A stretch of DNA of 64,000 nt from Dehalococcoidia bacterium. Lineage in GTDB: Bacteria > Chloroflexota > Dehalococcoidia > GIF9 > AB-539-J10. Numbering within the stretch: position 1 is the first letter of the stretch; every line of letters starts with the position of its first letter. The stretch lies in contig JAUWQY010000001.1 in the NCBI GenBank assembly GCA_030610855.1, positions 1,628-65,627 of the forward strand, written 5' to 3'. A model generated the notes under the pieces. It was given only the letters and a program-made list of their open reading frames with translations, did no database searches and was not told where the DNA came from. Positions 19,723 to 29,824 of the stretch are shown here, piece after piece. A program made the translations under genes and the position numbers.

Positions 19723-20286
19723 GTGATGTTATCCCAATTCCAAGCGGTAGGGCAGGCTCTCTTTACTCAAGGGCTGGTCTTCTCCCAGGGAGGTAACCTT
19801 AGCATCAAGCTTGGGGAGCATCTAGTTATTACCCATCGAGGCAGCACCTTGGGCTTCATTCAGGAAGGGGACTTGGTGGAGACGGGGATAAGCAAGAACA
19901 ATCGGGCTACGCCCCTGGCTTCGAAGGAGTTGGAAATTCATCGCTGTATCTACAAGAACACTCCAGCATTGGCAGTGGTCCATGCACATCCTCCTTATGC
20001 CGTTGCCTTGTCATTCACGGAAGAAGAGATCGTGCCCTGCGATTTGGAGGGGCAGGTCTTGTTGTCCAGGGTACCTGTCTTAAGCACGGATGCGATGGCA
20101 AAGCTCGAAGACCTTGCGGGGGAGATAGCCAGGCTACTGAACGAGTACAGGGTCGTTCTGGTGCGGGGTCACGGGAGCTTTGCAGTCAGTCAGTTATTGG
20201 AGGAGGCCTATTACTACACATCTGCCCTGGAACAGAGCTGCCGCCTCCTTTACCTGCTGAAGACTCTGAGGGTAGTCCCGGGGTGA
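19723..20286 (+). CDS. Class II aldolase/adducin family protein
   Basis: GGNLS, SKELEIH, VVHAHPP, VRGHG. Confidence 0.9.
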   Translation: MMLSQFQAVGQALFTQGLVFSQGGNLSIKLGEHLVITHRGSTLGFIQEGDLVETGISKNNRATPLASKELEIHRCIYKNTPALAVVHAHPPYAVALSFTEEEIVPCDLEGQVLLSRVPVLSTDAMAKLEDLAGEIARLLNEYRVVLVRGHGSFAVSQLLEEAYYYTSALEQSCRLLYLLKTLRVVPG

Positions 20287-20305
20287 CCGTCGCTTAAGGA
20301 TTCGC

Positions 20306-21238
20306 CTATAACCCTGCTGATTCAGGCGAATACAGGTAATACCAATCAGAGTACTCGGGGGTTTTCCCCAGCATCACCTGGGCGAAGAGCTTCTGTAGTG
20401 CGGCGGTTACCTCGCCAATCTTGCCCGTGCCCACCGGGCGACGATCGATTTCCAATATAGGGGCTACGTCGGATGCTGTCCCGGTGAAGAAGCACTCTTC
20501 AGCCACATAGAGTTCGCTTCTGTCAACCGGCCTTTCAATCGTATCTATGCCTAACTCGTTCTTAGCCAGCTTCATGACCGTGTCCCTGGTAATGCCCATA
20601 AGGATGTTGTCGTATGAGGGAGGAGTTATCAGTCTCCCCCCCAGAACAAGGAAGATATTCTGGCCGCTGCCTTCGGAGACATGCCCGCCCTGGGTCAGCA
20701 GTATTGCTTCGTCAAAGCCGTTCTCAAGGGCCTCGGTCTTAGCCAGGGCGCTGTTTACATAAAGGCCACAGATCTTGCCCCGAGGCGGAATCATGTTGTC
20801 ATCCACGCGATGCCACGATGAGACGCAGCAGCGAACACCCTTCTCTGTATCAAGGTAAGTAGGAAATGTTGCCACGACAATGAAGAAGTCGTCGTCCAGA
20901 TTGTGGAGACGGATGGCCAGGTTCTCGGAGCTCTTGTAGGCTAGAGGGCGGATATACACGTCTTCCCGGTAGCCGCTTCTTGCCAGAAGCTCCGATGTCA
21001 ACTGGCAAAGCTCATCAACTGAGTAGGGAAGATTCATCTTCAGGATGCGACAGGACTCAAGCATGCGTTTATAGTGGTCCCGGACTCTAAAAAGGCAGAA
21101 CTGTCCCCGATCGCTATCCCAATTGCCGCGAATCCCCTCGAAGCAAGCGGTGCCGTAGTGGAGAGCTTGCGTCAGGATGCCGATCTTCGCCTCGGATAAC
21201 GGCATGAACTGCTTATGGAAAAAGGCATAAGGCGGCAT
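20306..21238 (-). CDS. ilvE: Branched-chain amino acid aminotransferase
   Basis: LHYG..FEGIR, EGSGQN, LMGITR, FFTGT. Confidence 0.95.
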   Translation of the reverse strand: MPPYAFFHKQFMPLSEAKIGILTQALHYGTACFEGIRGNWDSDRGQFCLFRVRDHYKRMLESCRILKMNLPYSVDELCQLTSELLARSGYREDVYIRPLAYKSSENLAIRLHNLDDDFFIVVATFPTYLDTEKGVRCCVSSWHRVDDNMIPPRGKICGLYVNSALAKTEALENGFDEAILLTQGGHVSEGSGQNIFLVLGGRLITPPSYDNILMGITRDTVMKLAKNELGIDTIERPVDRSELYVAEECFFTGTASDVAPILEIDRRPVGTGKIGEVTAALQKLFAQVMLGKTPEYSDWYYLYSPESAGL

Positions 21239-21565
21239 CTTGCTTCCCTCTCTACTTGCTCCAAACGAATCTGATCACAATTATACTGTAGCCTTAACCT
21301 CAAAACAAGGTTCTGCCTTTGGGCCTCTCATCGAGAGTAGACCAACGGACGTGAACACATAATGCCGGAACGCCAGCTGACCCGAGTGCAAAGGGATAGC
21401 CGCTGGTTTTTCTGCCACCGTGTACAGTAGCTGTGCCAGGCAACGTTGCCAGATTTGCTCTCTGCTGTTCCTCTCGCCCGACGTCCAGGGAGTGTACCAT
21501 GAGATGGTCGACTTCATCGTCAGCCAACTGGTTTTCACAGGTTTGCTCAGAACAACCTGCCCGGT

Positions 21566-22336
21566 TCAGATTGCCTTTACCCATTCAACCGCGTTTACGA
21601 AGATCTGCAGGCCGTCCCCACAATTCCGCGGGGTCTCTCTGCCCCACCTTGGGTGCTGTGTCCAGCGGACAAAACGCTCAGGATGCGGCATCAGTCCGAA
21701 GATACGTCCGGAGGCATCACATATGCCAGCTATGTTGCCGAGTGAACCGTTCGGGTTATGAGGATACCCGGCCGAAATCCCTCCTTTTTCATCAGCGTAG
21801 TACAGAACTGCATTCAAGCTCTCCGGTACACCGGTTGCAGCAAACACCTTACCCTCTCCGTGGGCAACGGGAAGATACATATTGCCTATGCCCCTGGTGA
21901 AAACACAAGGAGTTGTTTCGTTAATGCGCAGATGAACCCAACGGCATTCGAACCTTCCCGAATCGTTGGCGGCAAGCGTCAACGACTGGGGATTTGCGTC
22001 CCCGCATCCCGGCAGGATGCCGGCCTTCAACAGCACCTGGAAACCGTTGCAGATCCCCAGGATGAGCTTTCCATCATCGACAAACCTGCGAATGTCCTCG
22101 TCGAGCTTCAGCCTCAGTTCATTGGCCAATATCTTCCCGGCTGAAATATCATCGCCATAGGTGAAGCCCCCGGGTATCACCATTATCTGGAAAGAGGAAA
22201 GCAGCTTCTCCTCGCGCACGAGTTCACTAATCTGCGCGGATTCCACTACTGAGCCAGCCAGTTCAAAGGCAAACGCCGTCTCCGCGTCACAGTTGGTGCC
22301 GGCGGCGTGCAGTATTAGCGTCCTTACTTTAGCCAT
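21566..22336 (-). CDS. purQ: FGAM synthase glutaminase subunit
   Basis: GTNCD, GGFTYGD, GICNGFQ, MPHPER. Confidence 0.97.
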   Translation of the reverse strand: MAKVRTLILHAAGTNCDAETAFAFELAGSVVESAQISELVREEKLLSSFQIMVIPGGFTYGDDISAGKILANELRLKLDEDIRRFVDDGKLILGICNGFQVLLKAGILPGCGDANPQSLTLAANDSGRFECRWVHLRINETTPCVFTRGIGNMYLPVAHGEGKVFAATGVPESLNAVLYYADEKGGISAGYPHNPNGSLGNIAGICDASGRIFGLMPHPERFVRWTQHPRWGRETPRNCGDGLQIFVNAVEWVKAI

Positions 22337-22348
22337 TAACTCAATATC

Positions 22349-25213
22349 CTACCAGCGGAGCGGTTTCTGCCACGCTTCCTTCAGTTCGGCAAGCGACGCC
22401 AGAAGAACCCTATTGCCTGAAATGCCATACACATCCAACCCTTGTTTGTTTGTCACCCGCCCGATGGCGGCGAAATCGACTCCGGTCATCATATTCTCAA
22501 ACTCAGTCTTGTGTTCCGGAGCCACCTCTACTAAAAAGCGCGTGTTAGATTCAGAGAAAAGAACGAAATCGTCTCGACTTATCGGTTCACCCAGCGGGAC
22601 CTCCCTTAGACAGATTTCCATTCCGAGCCCTCCGGCAAATGCCATCTCAGCAGCGGCCACCGCAATGCCACCCTCGCTGCAATCATGACAGGCCTTGACC
22701 AGGCCGTCCTCCACGGCTGTGCTAAGGGCATTCATAAGCTGCTTCCCTCTCCTGGGATTCACCTTGGGTACATTGTTTCCTATGTAGCCATGAATGCTGT
22801 AGTAGTGCGAACCACCTAGCTCATTCCAGGTGGCGCCAACGATGTAGATGAGATCGCCCTCTTGCTTGCAGTCCATTGAAATCGCCCTGTTCACGTTTGA
22901 TATCACTGACACCGCAGATATCAGAAGTGTAGGCGGAATACAAATGCTATCGTTTTCAGTCTCATATTCGTTGTAAAGGCTATCCTTACCCGAGATAAAC
23001 GGAGTCTCGTATGTAACTGCCATATCGTAGCACGCCTGCGCTGCTCTCACCAGGCCGCCCAGTCTGTCCGGCTTTTCTGGGTTGCCCCAACAGAAATTAT
23101 CGAGCAGTGCTACTCTTCGAAGATTGCCGCCGACGGCAATAATCTGCCTCAATGATTCATCTATGGCAGAAGCGGCCATCCAGTAGGGGTCGATATCCCC
23201 ATATTTGGGATTGATGCCGTTAGATACAATGATACCCATGTCGGAATCGAGCACAGGCCTGATAATGGCAGCGTCGCCGGGACCATCATTGCCTGTTCCT
23301 ACGAGAGGTTTGAGGACACTGCCGCCCTGTACCTCGTGATCATATTGGCGTATCACCCATTCCTTGGAGCAGACATTCCACGAGCCCAGAATCTGCAGTA
23401 AATCCTCCCGCAGGTCAGAGGGTTGAGAAAAGTCTGGCTCCGAGAAACGCGGCGCGTCCCAAACTGCTTCGCGCTCAATCTGCGGCAGACCACCATGCAG
23501 GAATTCCATATCAAGGTCGCCAACGGAATTTCCGTCATAGAAGAGCTGGAGACGTCGGTTTTCAGTGAACTCACCAATGACCGTAGCTTCCACATCTCGG
23601 CTCCGGAAAAGGGCAGTTAGCTGCTCAATGCTGCTTTGCGGAACGGCGAGCACCATTCGCTCTTGGGATTCGGACAACCATATCTCCCTGTACGACAGCC
23701 CCAGATACTTCAAAGGGACTCGTTCCAAATGGATGCGTGCCCCTGTTTCTGCCGCCATTTCTCCTACTGCTGATGAAAGGCCTCCCCCACCACAATCAGT
23801 GATCCGCCGATACAGTCCTAAGTCTCGCGCCTTAATCAGAACATCAATCAGCTTCTTCTCCATGATGGGATTCCCTATTTGAACTGAGCTGGCAGAAACA
23901 CTCTCAGATTCTCTGGTAAGGTCAGCGGAAGCAAAGGTGACGCCATGAATTCCGTCACGCCCGGTTCTACCGCCCACGACCACGACCAAATCCCCCGGTT
24001 CCTGCTGGCGTATCTGACTCATGCCTGTCGGTATCAGTCCCACTGTTCCGCAGAAGACCAGCGGGTTTCCTATATATCGTTCATCAAAGAGTACGGTTCC
24101 GTTAAGCGTCGGAATGCCGAGGCGGTTTGCATAGTCGGCCACTCCGGCACGAACGCCTCTGAAAACGCGTCGAGGGTGCAGAACACCCTTAGGCAGCCTC
24201 TCATAAGGAAAGTCGGGTGGTCCGAAACAGAACACGTCAGTGTTCATGATAGGCTTGGCCCCCAGGCCTGTGCCCAGTACATCGCGGATAACCCCGCCTA
24301 TTCCTGTTGCCGCTCCTCCGTAGGGCTCCAATGCCGATGGATGATTATGTGTTTCCACCTTGAAGCAGATTGCATAACGACCATCGAAATCTATGACACC
24401 GGAATTGTCCTTGAAGACCGAGAGACACCAGGGTTTCTTCAATTCGTCGGTGGCCTTCATGATAGTGCTTCTGAGTAGATTGTCGATAGTAAGTTGACCA
24501 AGCTTGATTCTACTACTGAAGGTCTTATGCACACAGTGTTCAGACCATGTCTGAGCCAGAGTCTCAAGCTCGACATCGGTTGGATTGCGGCCTAGTTTGG
24601 AGAAGTGATCCTGAATCTGCTTCATCTCGCTTAAACTCAGCCAGAGCCCATCTTTACTCACCTCCATTAGCTGGCTATCATCGGCGCTCAGCAACTCGAC
24701 TCTGTTCAGGGTGAACTCATATTCTGCGGATGGCGCAGAGACCGCCTCATACTCGGTGACGATATGCTGGACAACGCTGTTAACCAGCAACTTGTCGCAG
24801 GTAGATTGAAACGCTTCGTCGGAGAGTGTTCCCCACAGCAAATACCTCTTTGTGGTTCTTACTGACTCAACGGTGGTGATGCCGAGATCACGAATTCCCT
24901 TCCTGATGCTCTCCTCCACAGGATCTATTACACCGGGATTGTAGGCAACCTCAACAGCACGAACACCGTGGTATGAGAGCCTTGCATTGGCTTCATAATA
25001 GGAATACTCTTCGACTACAGGATCAACCAGGAGTTCTTCGCAGATTCTTCTTACCTCGTTTTCGCCTAAGTCTCCCTCAATAAGGTATATGTCACTCACT
25101 CGCGCCTGCTTTACACTTGCGATGCCGAGGTCGAGTATATCCTTTCGCAGAGCTTCTCCTTTCGGGTCGGGGAAACCGTCCTTTATAGAGACTTCAACTC
25201 GATACAAAAGCAC
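22349..25213 (-). CDS. purL: FGAM synthase PurL with two N-terminal PurS-like domains
   Basis: WSEHC, KVETHNHPS, GGAATG, SESQERM, QYDHEV; about 150-aa N-terminal PurS-like duplication. Confidence 0.96.
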   Translation of the reverse strand: MLLYRVEVSIKDGFPDPKGEALRKDILDLGIASVKQARVSDIYLIEGDLGENEVRRICEELLVDPVVEEYSYYEANARLSYHGVRAVEVAYNPGVIDPVEESIRKGIRDLGITTVESVRTTKRYLLWGTLSDEAFQSTCDKLLVNSVVQHIVTEYEAVSAPSAEYEFTLNRVELLSADDSQLMEVSKDGLWLSLSEMKQIQDHFSKLGRNPTDVELETLAQTWSEHCVHKTFSSRIKLGQLTIDNLLRSTIMKATDELKKPWCLSVFKDNSGVIDFDGRYAICFKVETHNHPSALEPYGGAATGIGGVIRDVLGTGLGAKPIMNTDVFCFGPPDFPYERLPKGVLHPRRVFRGVRAGVADYANRLGIPTLNGTVLFDERYIGNPLVFCGTVGLIPTGMSQIRQQEPGDLVVVVGGRTGRDGIHGVTFASADLTRESESVSASSVQIGNPIMEKKLIDVLIKARDLGLYRRITDCGGGGLSSAVGEMAAETGARIHLERVPLKYLGLSYREIWLSESQERMVLAVPQSSIEQLTALFRSRDVEATVIGEFTENRRLQLFYDGNSVGDLDMEFLHGGLPQIEREAVWDAPRFSEPDFSQPSDLREDLLQILGSWNVCSKEWVIRQYDHEVQGGSVLKPLVGTGNDGPGDAAIIRPVLDSDMGIIVSNGINPKYGDIDPYWMAASAIDESLRQIIAVGGNLRRVALLDNFCWGNPEKPDRLGGLVRAAQACYDMAVTYETPFISGKDSLYNEYETENDSICIPPTLLISAVSVISNVNRAISMDCKQEGDLIYIVGATWNELGGSHYYSIHGYIGNNVPKVNPRRGKQLMNALSTAVEDGLVKACHDCSEGGIAVAAAEMAFAGGLGMEICLREVPLGEPISRDDFVLFSESNTRFLVEVAPEHKTEFENMMTGVDFAAIGRVTNKQGLDVYGISGNRVLLASLAELKEAWQKPLRW

Positions 25214-25289
25214 TCCTTTCTGTCTCTACCGTCTCAGCAGCATCAAATGTATTCCTACACATTCACATCGGCTGTTCTGCGGTGATCAG

Positions 25290-25541
25290 AAGACAGACGC
25301 ATGCCAAATGGGTCACACACTTCGGACAAACGATCATTAGTCATGAGGGCCAGGGCATATCCTCCTGAAGATGCTGCACCACATATCTTATCTTATCGAC
25401 CCGGCCTTTCTCAAGAGAAAGGATCGCCTGATCGGGTATGACGTCGGCATCCGTGGAACTGCAGAATGTATGGCCCTGGCGAGAAAGCTCTTCATATAGG
25501 AGCTCAGCGTTAACAATATCCCCACTGTATACTAATGCCAG
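25290..25541 (-). pseudogene. purF: Internal fragment of amidophosphoribosyltransferase
   Basis: LALVYSGDIVNAELLYEELSRQGHTFCSSTDADVI.., frameshift, then GGYALALMTNDRLSEVCDPFGMR; matches PurF HNGN..TDSEV..GAYS..RDPFG.R; ends approximate. Confidence 0.75.
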
Positions 25542-26885
25542 CTATAATATCGGCAAGTATTTCTTAAGCTCATAGTCTGTCACCTGAGTTCGATAGTTAT
25601 CCCACTCAATTCTCTTGTTCTTGATGAAAGCCTCAAAAAGATGGCTGCCGAGTGCCTCGCGCACCACCTTGCTCTTCTCTGCCAGCATTATAGCCTCCAA
25701 GAGGCTAGCCGGTAGTGTTCCTATCCCTCGTTTGCGTCTTTCCTCGTCAGTCATGTCATATACGTTTTCCTCCACAGGGTCAGGAACTTCGTACGCCCTC
25801 TCGATTCCTTCTAATCCGGCCGCCAGGATTACGCTGAAGGCTAGATATGGATTGCATGCCGGGTCAGGCGACCTCAACTCAATCCTGGTTGATTTCTCTC
25901 TGCCGCGGCGATACTCCGGGACCCGGATGAGGTCGGAACGATTCTGCCTCGCCCAGGAGACATATACCGGCGCTTCGTAGCCTGAAACAAGTCTCTTATA
26001 GGAGTTAACCCATTGATTGGTAACCGCGGTGATTTCGGGAGCATGTTTGAGAAGTCCGGCTATGAAGCACTTAGCCGTCCTGGACAGGCAGTATGCATCA
26101 TCTTTGTCAAAGAAGGCGTTCCTATCACCGTTGAACAGCGACTGGTGGACATGCATGCCACATCCGTTCATGCCAAAGATGGGTTTGGGCATGAAAGTGG
26201 CGTAGACTCCGTGCTGTAGCGCGACTTGCTTCACCACCAGACGGTAAGTCATCACGTTGTCCGCCATAGTCAAAGCGTCGGTGTATCTCATGTCTATCTC
26301 GTGTTGGCTGGCCGCGCCTTCATGGTGGGAGTATTCAACGGCGATACCCATCTCCCCCAGGGCAAGAACTGTTTCTCGCCTTAGATCAGTGGCGCCATCC
26401 ATAGAGGTCATGTCGAAGTAGCCTCCTTCGTCCAAACCTTGTGTTCCCTTCGAATCCTGAAAGTAGAAGTACTCCAACTCAGGACCAACGTTGAAGGTAT
26501 ATCCCATGTCGGCCGCCCGCTTCAGATTTCTTCTCAGCACATATCTGGGGTCTCCCTCAAAATGCCCGCCGCGAGGTTTATGTATGTCACAGAACATCCT
26601 GGCTACAGCATTGTGATCTGTCGGTTGCCAAGGTAGTAACTGCCACGTGTCAGGGTCAGGCATCGCCACCATATCGCTCTCATCGATTCGGGCAAAGCCC
26701 TGAATAGAGGAACCATCAAATCCCATTCCTTGCTCCATGGCACCTTCCAGTTCCTCCACCGTAATGGCGAAGTTCTTCAGAATACCCAGGATGTCGGTGA
26801 ACCATAGCCTGATGAACTTAACGTTGTGTTCCTTGGCCATCCTCAGGACACAATCGGTGCCTTCTTCTCTACTTCTCTTATCCAT
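25542..26885 (-). CDS. glnA: Glutamine synthetase type I
   Basis: FDGSSI, GPELEYF, HHE, FMPKP, NSYKRLV, RIELRSPD. Confidence 0.98.
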   Translation of the reverse strand: MDKRSREEGTDCVLRMAKEHNVKFIRLWFTDILGILKNFAITVEELEGAMEQGMGFDGSSIQGFARIDESDMVAMPDPDTWQLLPWQPTDHNAVARMFCDIHKPRGGHFEGDPRYVLRRNLKRAADMGYTFNVGPELEYFYFQDSKGTQGLDEGGYFDMTSMDGATDLRRETVLALGEMGIAVEYSHHEGAASQHEIDMRYTDALTMADNVMTYRLVVKQVALQHGVYATFMPKPIFGMNGCGMHVHQSLFNGDRNAFFDKDDAYCLSRTAKCFIAGLLKHAPEITAVTNQWVNSYKRLVSGYEAPVYVSWARQNRSDLIRVPEYRRGREKSTRIELRSPDPACNPYLAFSVILAAGLEGIERAYEVPDPVEENVYDMTDEERRKRGIGTLPASLLEAIMLAEKSKVVREALGSHLFEAFIKNKRIEWDNYRTQVTDYELKKYLPIL

Positions 26886-27336
26886 TATCACCTCTTATAT
26901 GTGTTTGGCATTGGTTCAGAATGTACTTGCACGGCGCCTCAATGAAACATCGCCTCCCTTCCGTGGTCACTATTGTAGCACTTAAGACCATCCAGCGGCA
27001 TCAGATAGTTGAAAACTCTATGCGATTTTCCTGCATCCTGTACCCGCTCCCACTGCAACACGTCACCTCTCACCCCGACAACCCGGTGCCCGGATTGCAG
27101 ATCCCGAAGTCGCTCCACTCCGAATCCCAGACGAGACGCCATAATCCCCGATGTAGCGGCGAGAGCCTTCGACGCACAATCATAGATGAGGCGCTCTTGG
27201 GTGCTCGGGCGTCTTCTCCGCAGGATCGTAGTACTAATTCACTAGGCCAAACAGGACTAACGGGTGATTCCCCTCAATCTGGCTGACTGCTATCTTAAAG
27301 ATACTGCGACTGCATGATGCAACGGAGAGAGACGAT

Positions 27337-27933
27337 ATGAAAACAGTTGCTTCCACCTCCAGTAGTTATGAAACGAGGCTGGTGGCGAAGCTCCGCACGG
27401 ACGACAGCACAGCTATAGAGGAGTTCTATAACGTCTATAGGAGAAGACTCCACTATCTGGTACTGGAGCATGTGGACCGAGACCAGGGCTTAGCTGAGGA
27501 TCTGGTTCAGGAAGTGTTCTTTGCTGCCCTCGGTTCGCTGGACAGGTTCCGTGGTGACAGCCAGCTTTATACCTGGCTGCGCAGTATCGCATTTCACAAG
27601 ATAAACGACTATTACCGCCGCCAGGCGCGGGAGCCTAAGCCCGAGGAATCAACTCCCGAGATTCATGCCCTAAAGCTAGAGCAAGCCACCGGCGATGAAC
27701 AGGCGGCCCATAGTGCTATGGAATCAGAAGAGACTCGCCTCGAAGTTCGCCATGCCCTGGTGGACTTGCCTCGGGATTACCAGGACGTGCTGGTACTGAA
27801 GTACCTTGAAGAGATGCCGGTGATAGAGATAGGTCAGGTTATGGGCCGTTCGCCAAAATCGGTTGAGGGATTGCTCGCCCGAGCCCGGAAAGCGTTGCGT
27901 ACCAGTCTGGCCGCAAGCAACCATGCAACCTGA
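27337..27933 (+). CDS. ECF-type RNA polymerase sigma factor
   Basis: AEDLVQEVF, TWLRSIA, region-4 HTH (LKYLEEM..EIGQVMGRSPKSVEGLL.RAR). Confidence 0.93.
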   Translation: MKTVASTSSSYETRLVAKLRTDDSTAIEEFYNVYRRRLHYLVLEHVDRDQGLAEDLVQEVFFAALGSLDRFRGDSQLYTWLRSIAFHKINDYYRRQAREPKPEESTPEIHALKLEQATGDEQAAHSAMESEETRLEVRHALVDLPRDYQDVLVLKYLEEMPVIEIGQVMGRSPKSVEGLLARARKALRTSLAASNHAT

Positions 27934-28184
27934 TTGTGGTCTCACACACAATCAGCCAGCGCAGTTCTCCCTTCAGATTACATAGTCTCCTGTCTTTCGT
28001 TGCGATGTTTCTTCCCCTGCCACTGCGAGCGCTTCCTCCGCGACTGGCAAGACCAACCGTCCAGTCTCGTCTCACATCAACGGGAGAAGGTGACAAGGTC
28101 CACTAAGAGGATGACTGGTCGCCTCCCAATCGGCGGGAGCTCCCAAGGGGCTCCCGCTTCGACGGGAGGAGGTAGGTGAAAAGA

Positions 28185-29210
28185 TCAGGGCAAAGATGAT
28201 GATACCGTTGCCGTTACCGCCTGGAAAGCATTGACCAGCCCCTCGCCCACACCATCTCCCATGATAGGAGTGCAACTACTCTCAATGGCCCAGCGCACCT
28301 CGTCATTGGCCATGCCGTTACCGCTGCTATCCTCAGCGACACTGAAGATCAGCGCAGCCACGCCTGAGACATGAGCCGCGGCTGTCGAGGTGCCGGTCCT
28401 ATAGCCATACTGATTCTGGGGCAACTCAGAGTAGATGTTAAACCCGGGACCTGCTACATCCACCCAATAACCATGGCTCGATAACAGAGCTAAGGAATCG
28501 CTCTTGTTGGTACCGGCTACGGCGAGGCAATTGGAGTAATAGGCCGGGTAGGAAGGCTCCGACCCGCCTCTATTGCCCGCCGCCGCTACGATTATTGCTC
28601 CCTGGCTCCAGGCATAGTTTATCGCTTCTTCCAGCTCCGGCGATGCTTTCATGGCTAGGCTTATGTTGATAACTCTCGCCCCGTGGTCCACCGCCCAGAC
28701 GATGCCCCTGGCTACCACCGCTGCCTCGCTCCTCCCCCTATCATCAGCCACCTTCACATTCATCAACCGGCATTCGGGAGCGATGGCGGCGATCGTGCCC
28801 GCTATGTGGGTCCCGTGCCCGTAAACGTCATCGCTCGTTGGGCTATCGGTGAAATTGACCTCGGACACCACTCTATCAGCCAGATCCTGGTTGTCTTTGC
28901 TAATGCCCGTATCCAGCACAGCCACAACAACCGACTGGTCTCCCCTGGTCACCTGCCAGGCCCGGGGTGCCTCAACTCTGCTCACCCCCCACCTCTCAGC
29001 CAGACAACAATCGTCTGGAGAATAGGTCGTCTGCAGAGCAGCACCATCGTCGGGGGCATCCTTATCATGGACACGCTCCGCATCATAGACTGGCAAGATA
29101 CTATGGGCGGATACGTCTCCTCTGGCAGGTAGCACGCCGTGTGCTGACGCAGCAATGAGTATCAGTGCGACCAGCATTAAAGCTATGGCTAAATGTCTTG
29201 GCTTCCTCAA
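28185..29210 (-). CDS. Secreted subtilisin-like S8 serine peptidase
   Basis: Signal peptide; triad VLDTG, HGTH, GTS; oxyanion AAGN. Confidence 0.92.
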   Translation of the reverse strand: MRKPRHLAIALMLVALILIAASAHGVLPARGDVSAHSILPVYDAERVHDKDAPDDGAALQTTYSPDDCCLAERWGVSRVEAPRAWQVTRGDQSVVVAVLDTGISKDNQDLADRVVSEVNFTDSPTSDDVYGHGTHIAGTIAAIAPECRLMNVKVADDRGRSEAAVVARGIVWAVDHGARVINISLAMKASPELEEAINYAWSQGAIIVAAAGNRGGSEPSYPAYYSNCLAVAGTNKSDSLALLSSHGYWVDVAGPGFNIYSELPQNQYGYRTGTSTAAAHVSGVAALIFSVAEDSSGNGMANDEVRWAIESSCTPIMGDGVGEGLVNAFQAVTATVSSSLP

Positions 29211-29462
29211 TATCCATTATATATAGCAGCCGTCCAATCCAATGAGAATCACCCATGGGTACCGTTTCGGTCACATTCTTTCTAGTATTTAGTAATGTGC
29301 TCTTTTACCCAGGACTTGTTGACCAGGGACGTTTGTAACCCTGTGCATGATCGTGCACAATGCCCGCCATTCAAGGGAGAGTCCCTTCCCAATGTAGAGC
29401 CCATAAGGGGCTACCCTGCAGGAGGTTCGGGCCACCTGGAACATAAAGTGCCTTCCCTCAGG

Positions 29463-29497
29463 GTAGTGCCCCACTTCGATTGAATCGGGGCACTACA
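29463..29497. repeat. GTAG-type REP-like hairpin
   Basis: GTAGTGCCCC-N14-GGGGCACTAC, perfect 10-bp arms. Confidence 0.65.
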
Positions 29498-29556
29498 GAA
29501 CTGCCTCTTCCTCTCGATTGCTGAAGACTGATAACTGCGTGCTTCACTCGGGATTT

Positions 29557-29613
29557 GGTACTGGTACTTTCTAACCAGTACTATTTGACAGACCACAAGT
29601 GCTCTGCTAACAT
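29557..29613 (+). promoter_or_regulatory. Sigma70 promoter of the surface protein gene with upstream 13-mer
   Basis: GGTACTGGTACTT (29557-29569); TTGACA (29585-29590), 17-nt spacer ending TGC, TAACAT (29608-29613). Confidence 0.7.
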
Positions 29614-29824
29614 CAGATAGAGTATTCGAGCTTTAAGAGGAGGCAGGGCAAGGTAAGTAGATTCCCTGTTGCTAGCGGTACCTACTACTCTGTTGGCGAA
29701 TCCGCGAAAATCCCCCAAAAGTACTGGAAGAGGCGAGGGATTTCCCCTTTTTTAGCGACTACATATATGACGAAGGTAATATGGCAAAGGTAATGGCTAA
29801 TTAGTCCTAGCCAGGAGGAGAAAT

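Noticed and set aside
21281..21584. ORFs between purQ and ilvE
   Set aside because: No recognisable motif or RBS; possibly an eroded gene but unidentifiable.
26920..26980. Possible ANTAR or glnA-type RNA element in the glnA leader (CACGG...CCGTG stem)
   Set aside because: Could not build the two canonical hexaloop hairpins; needs a covariance-model search.
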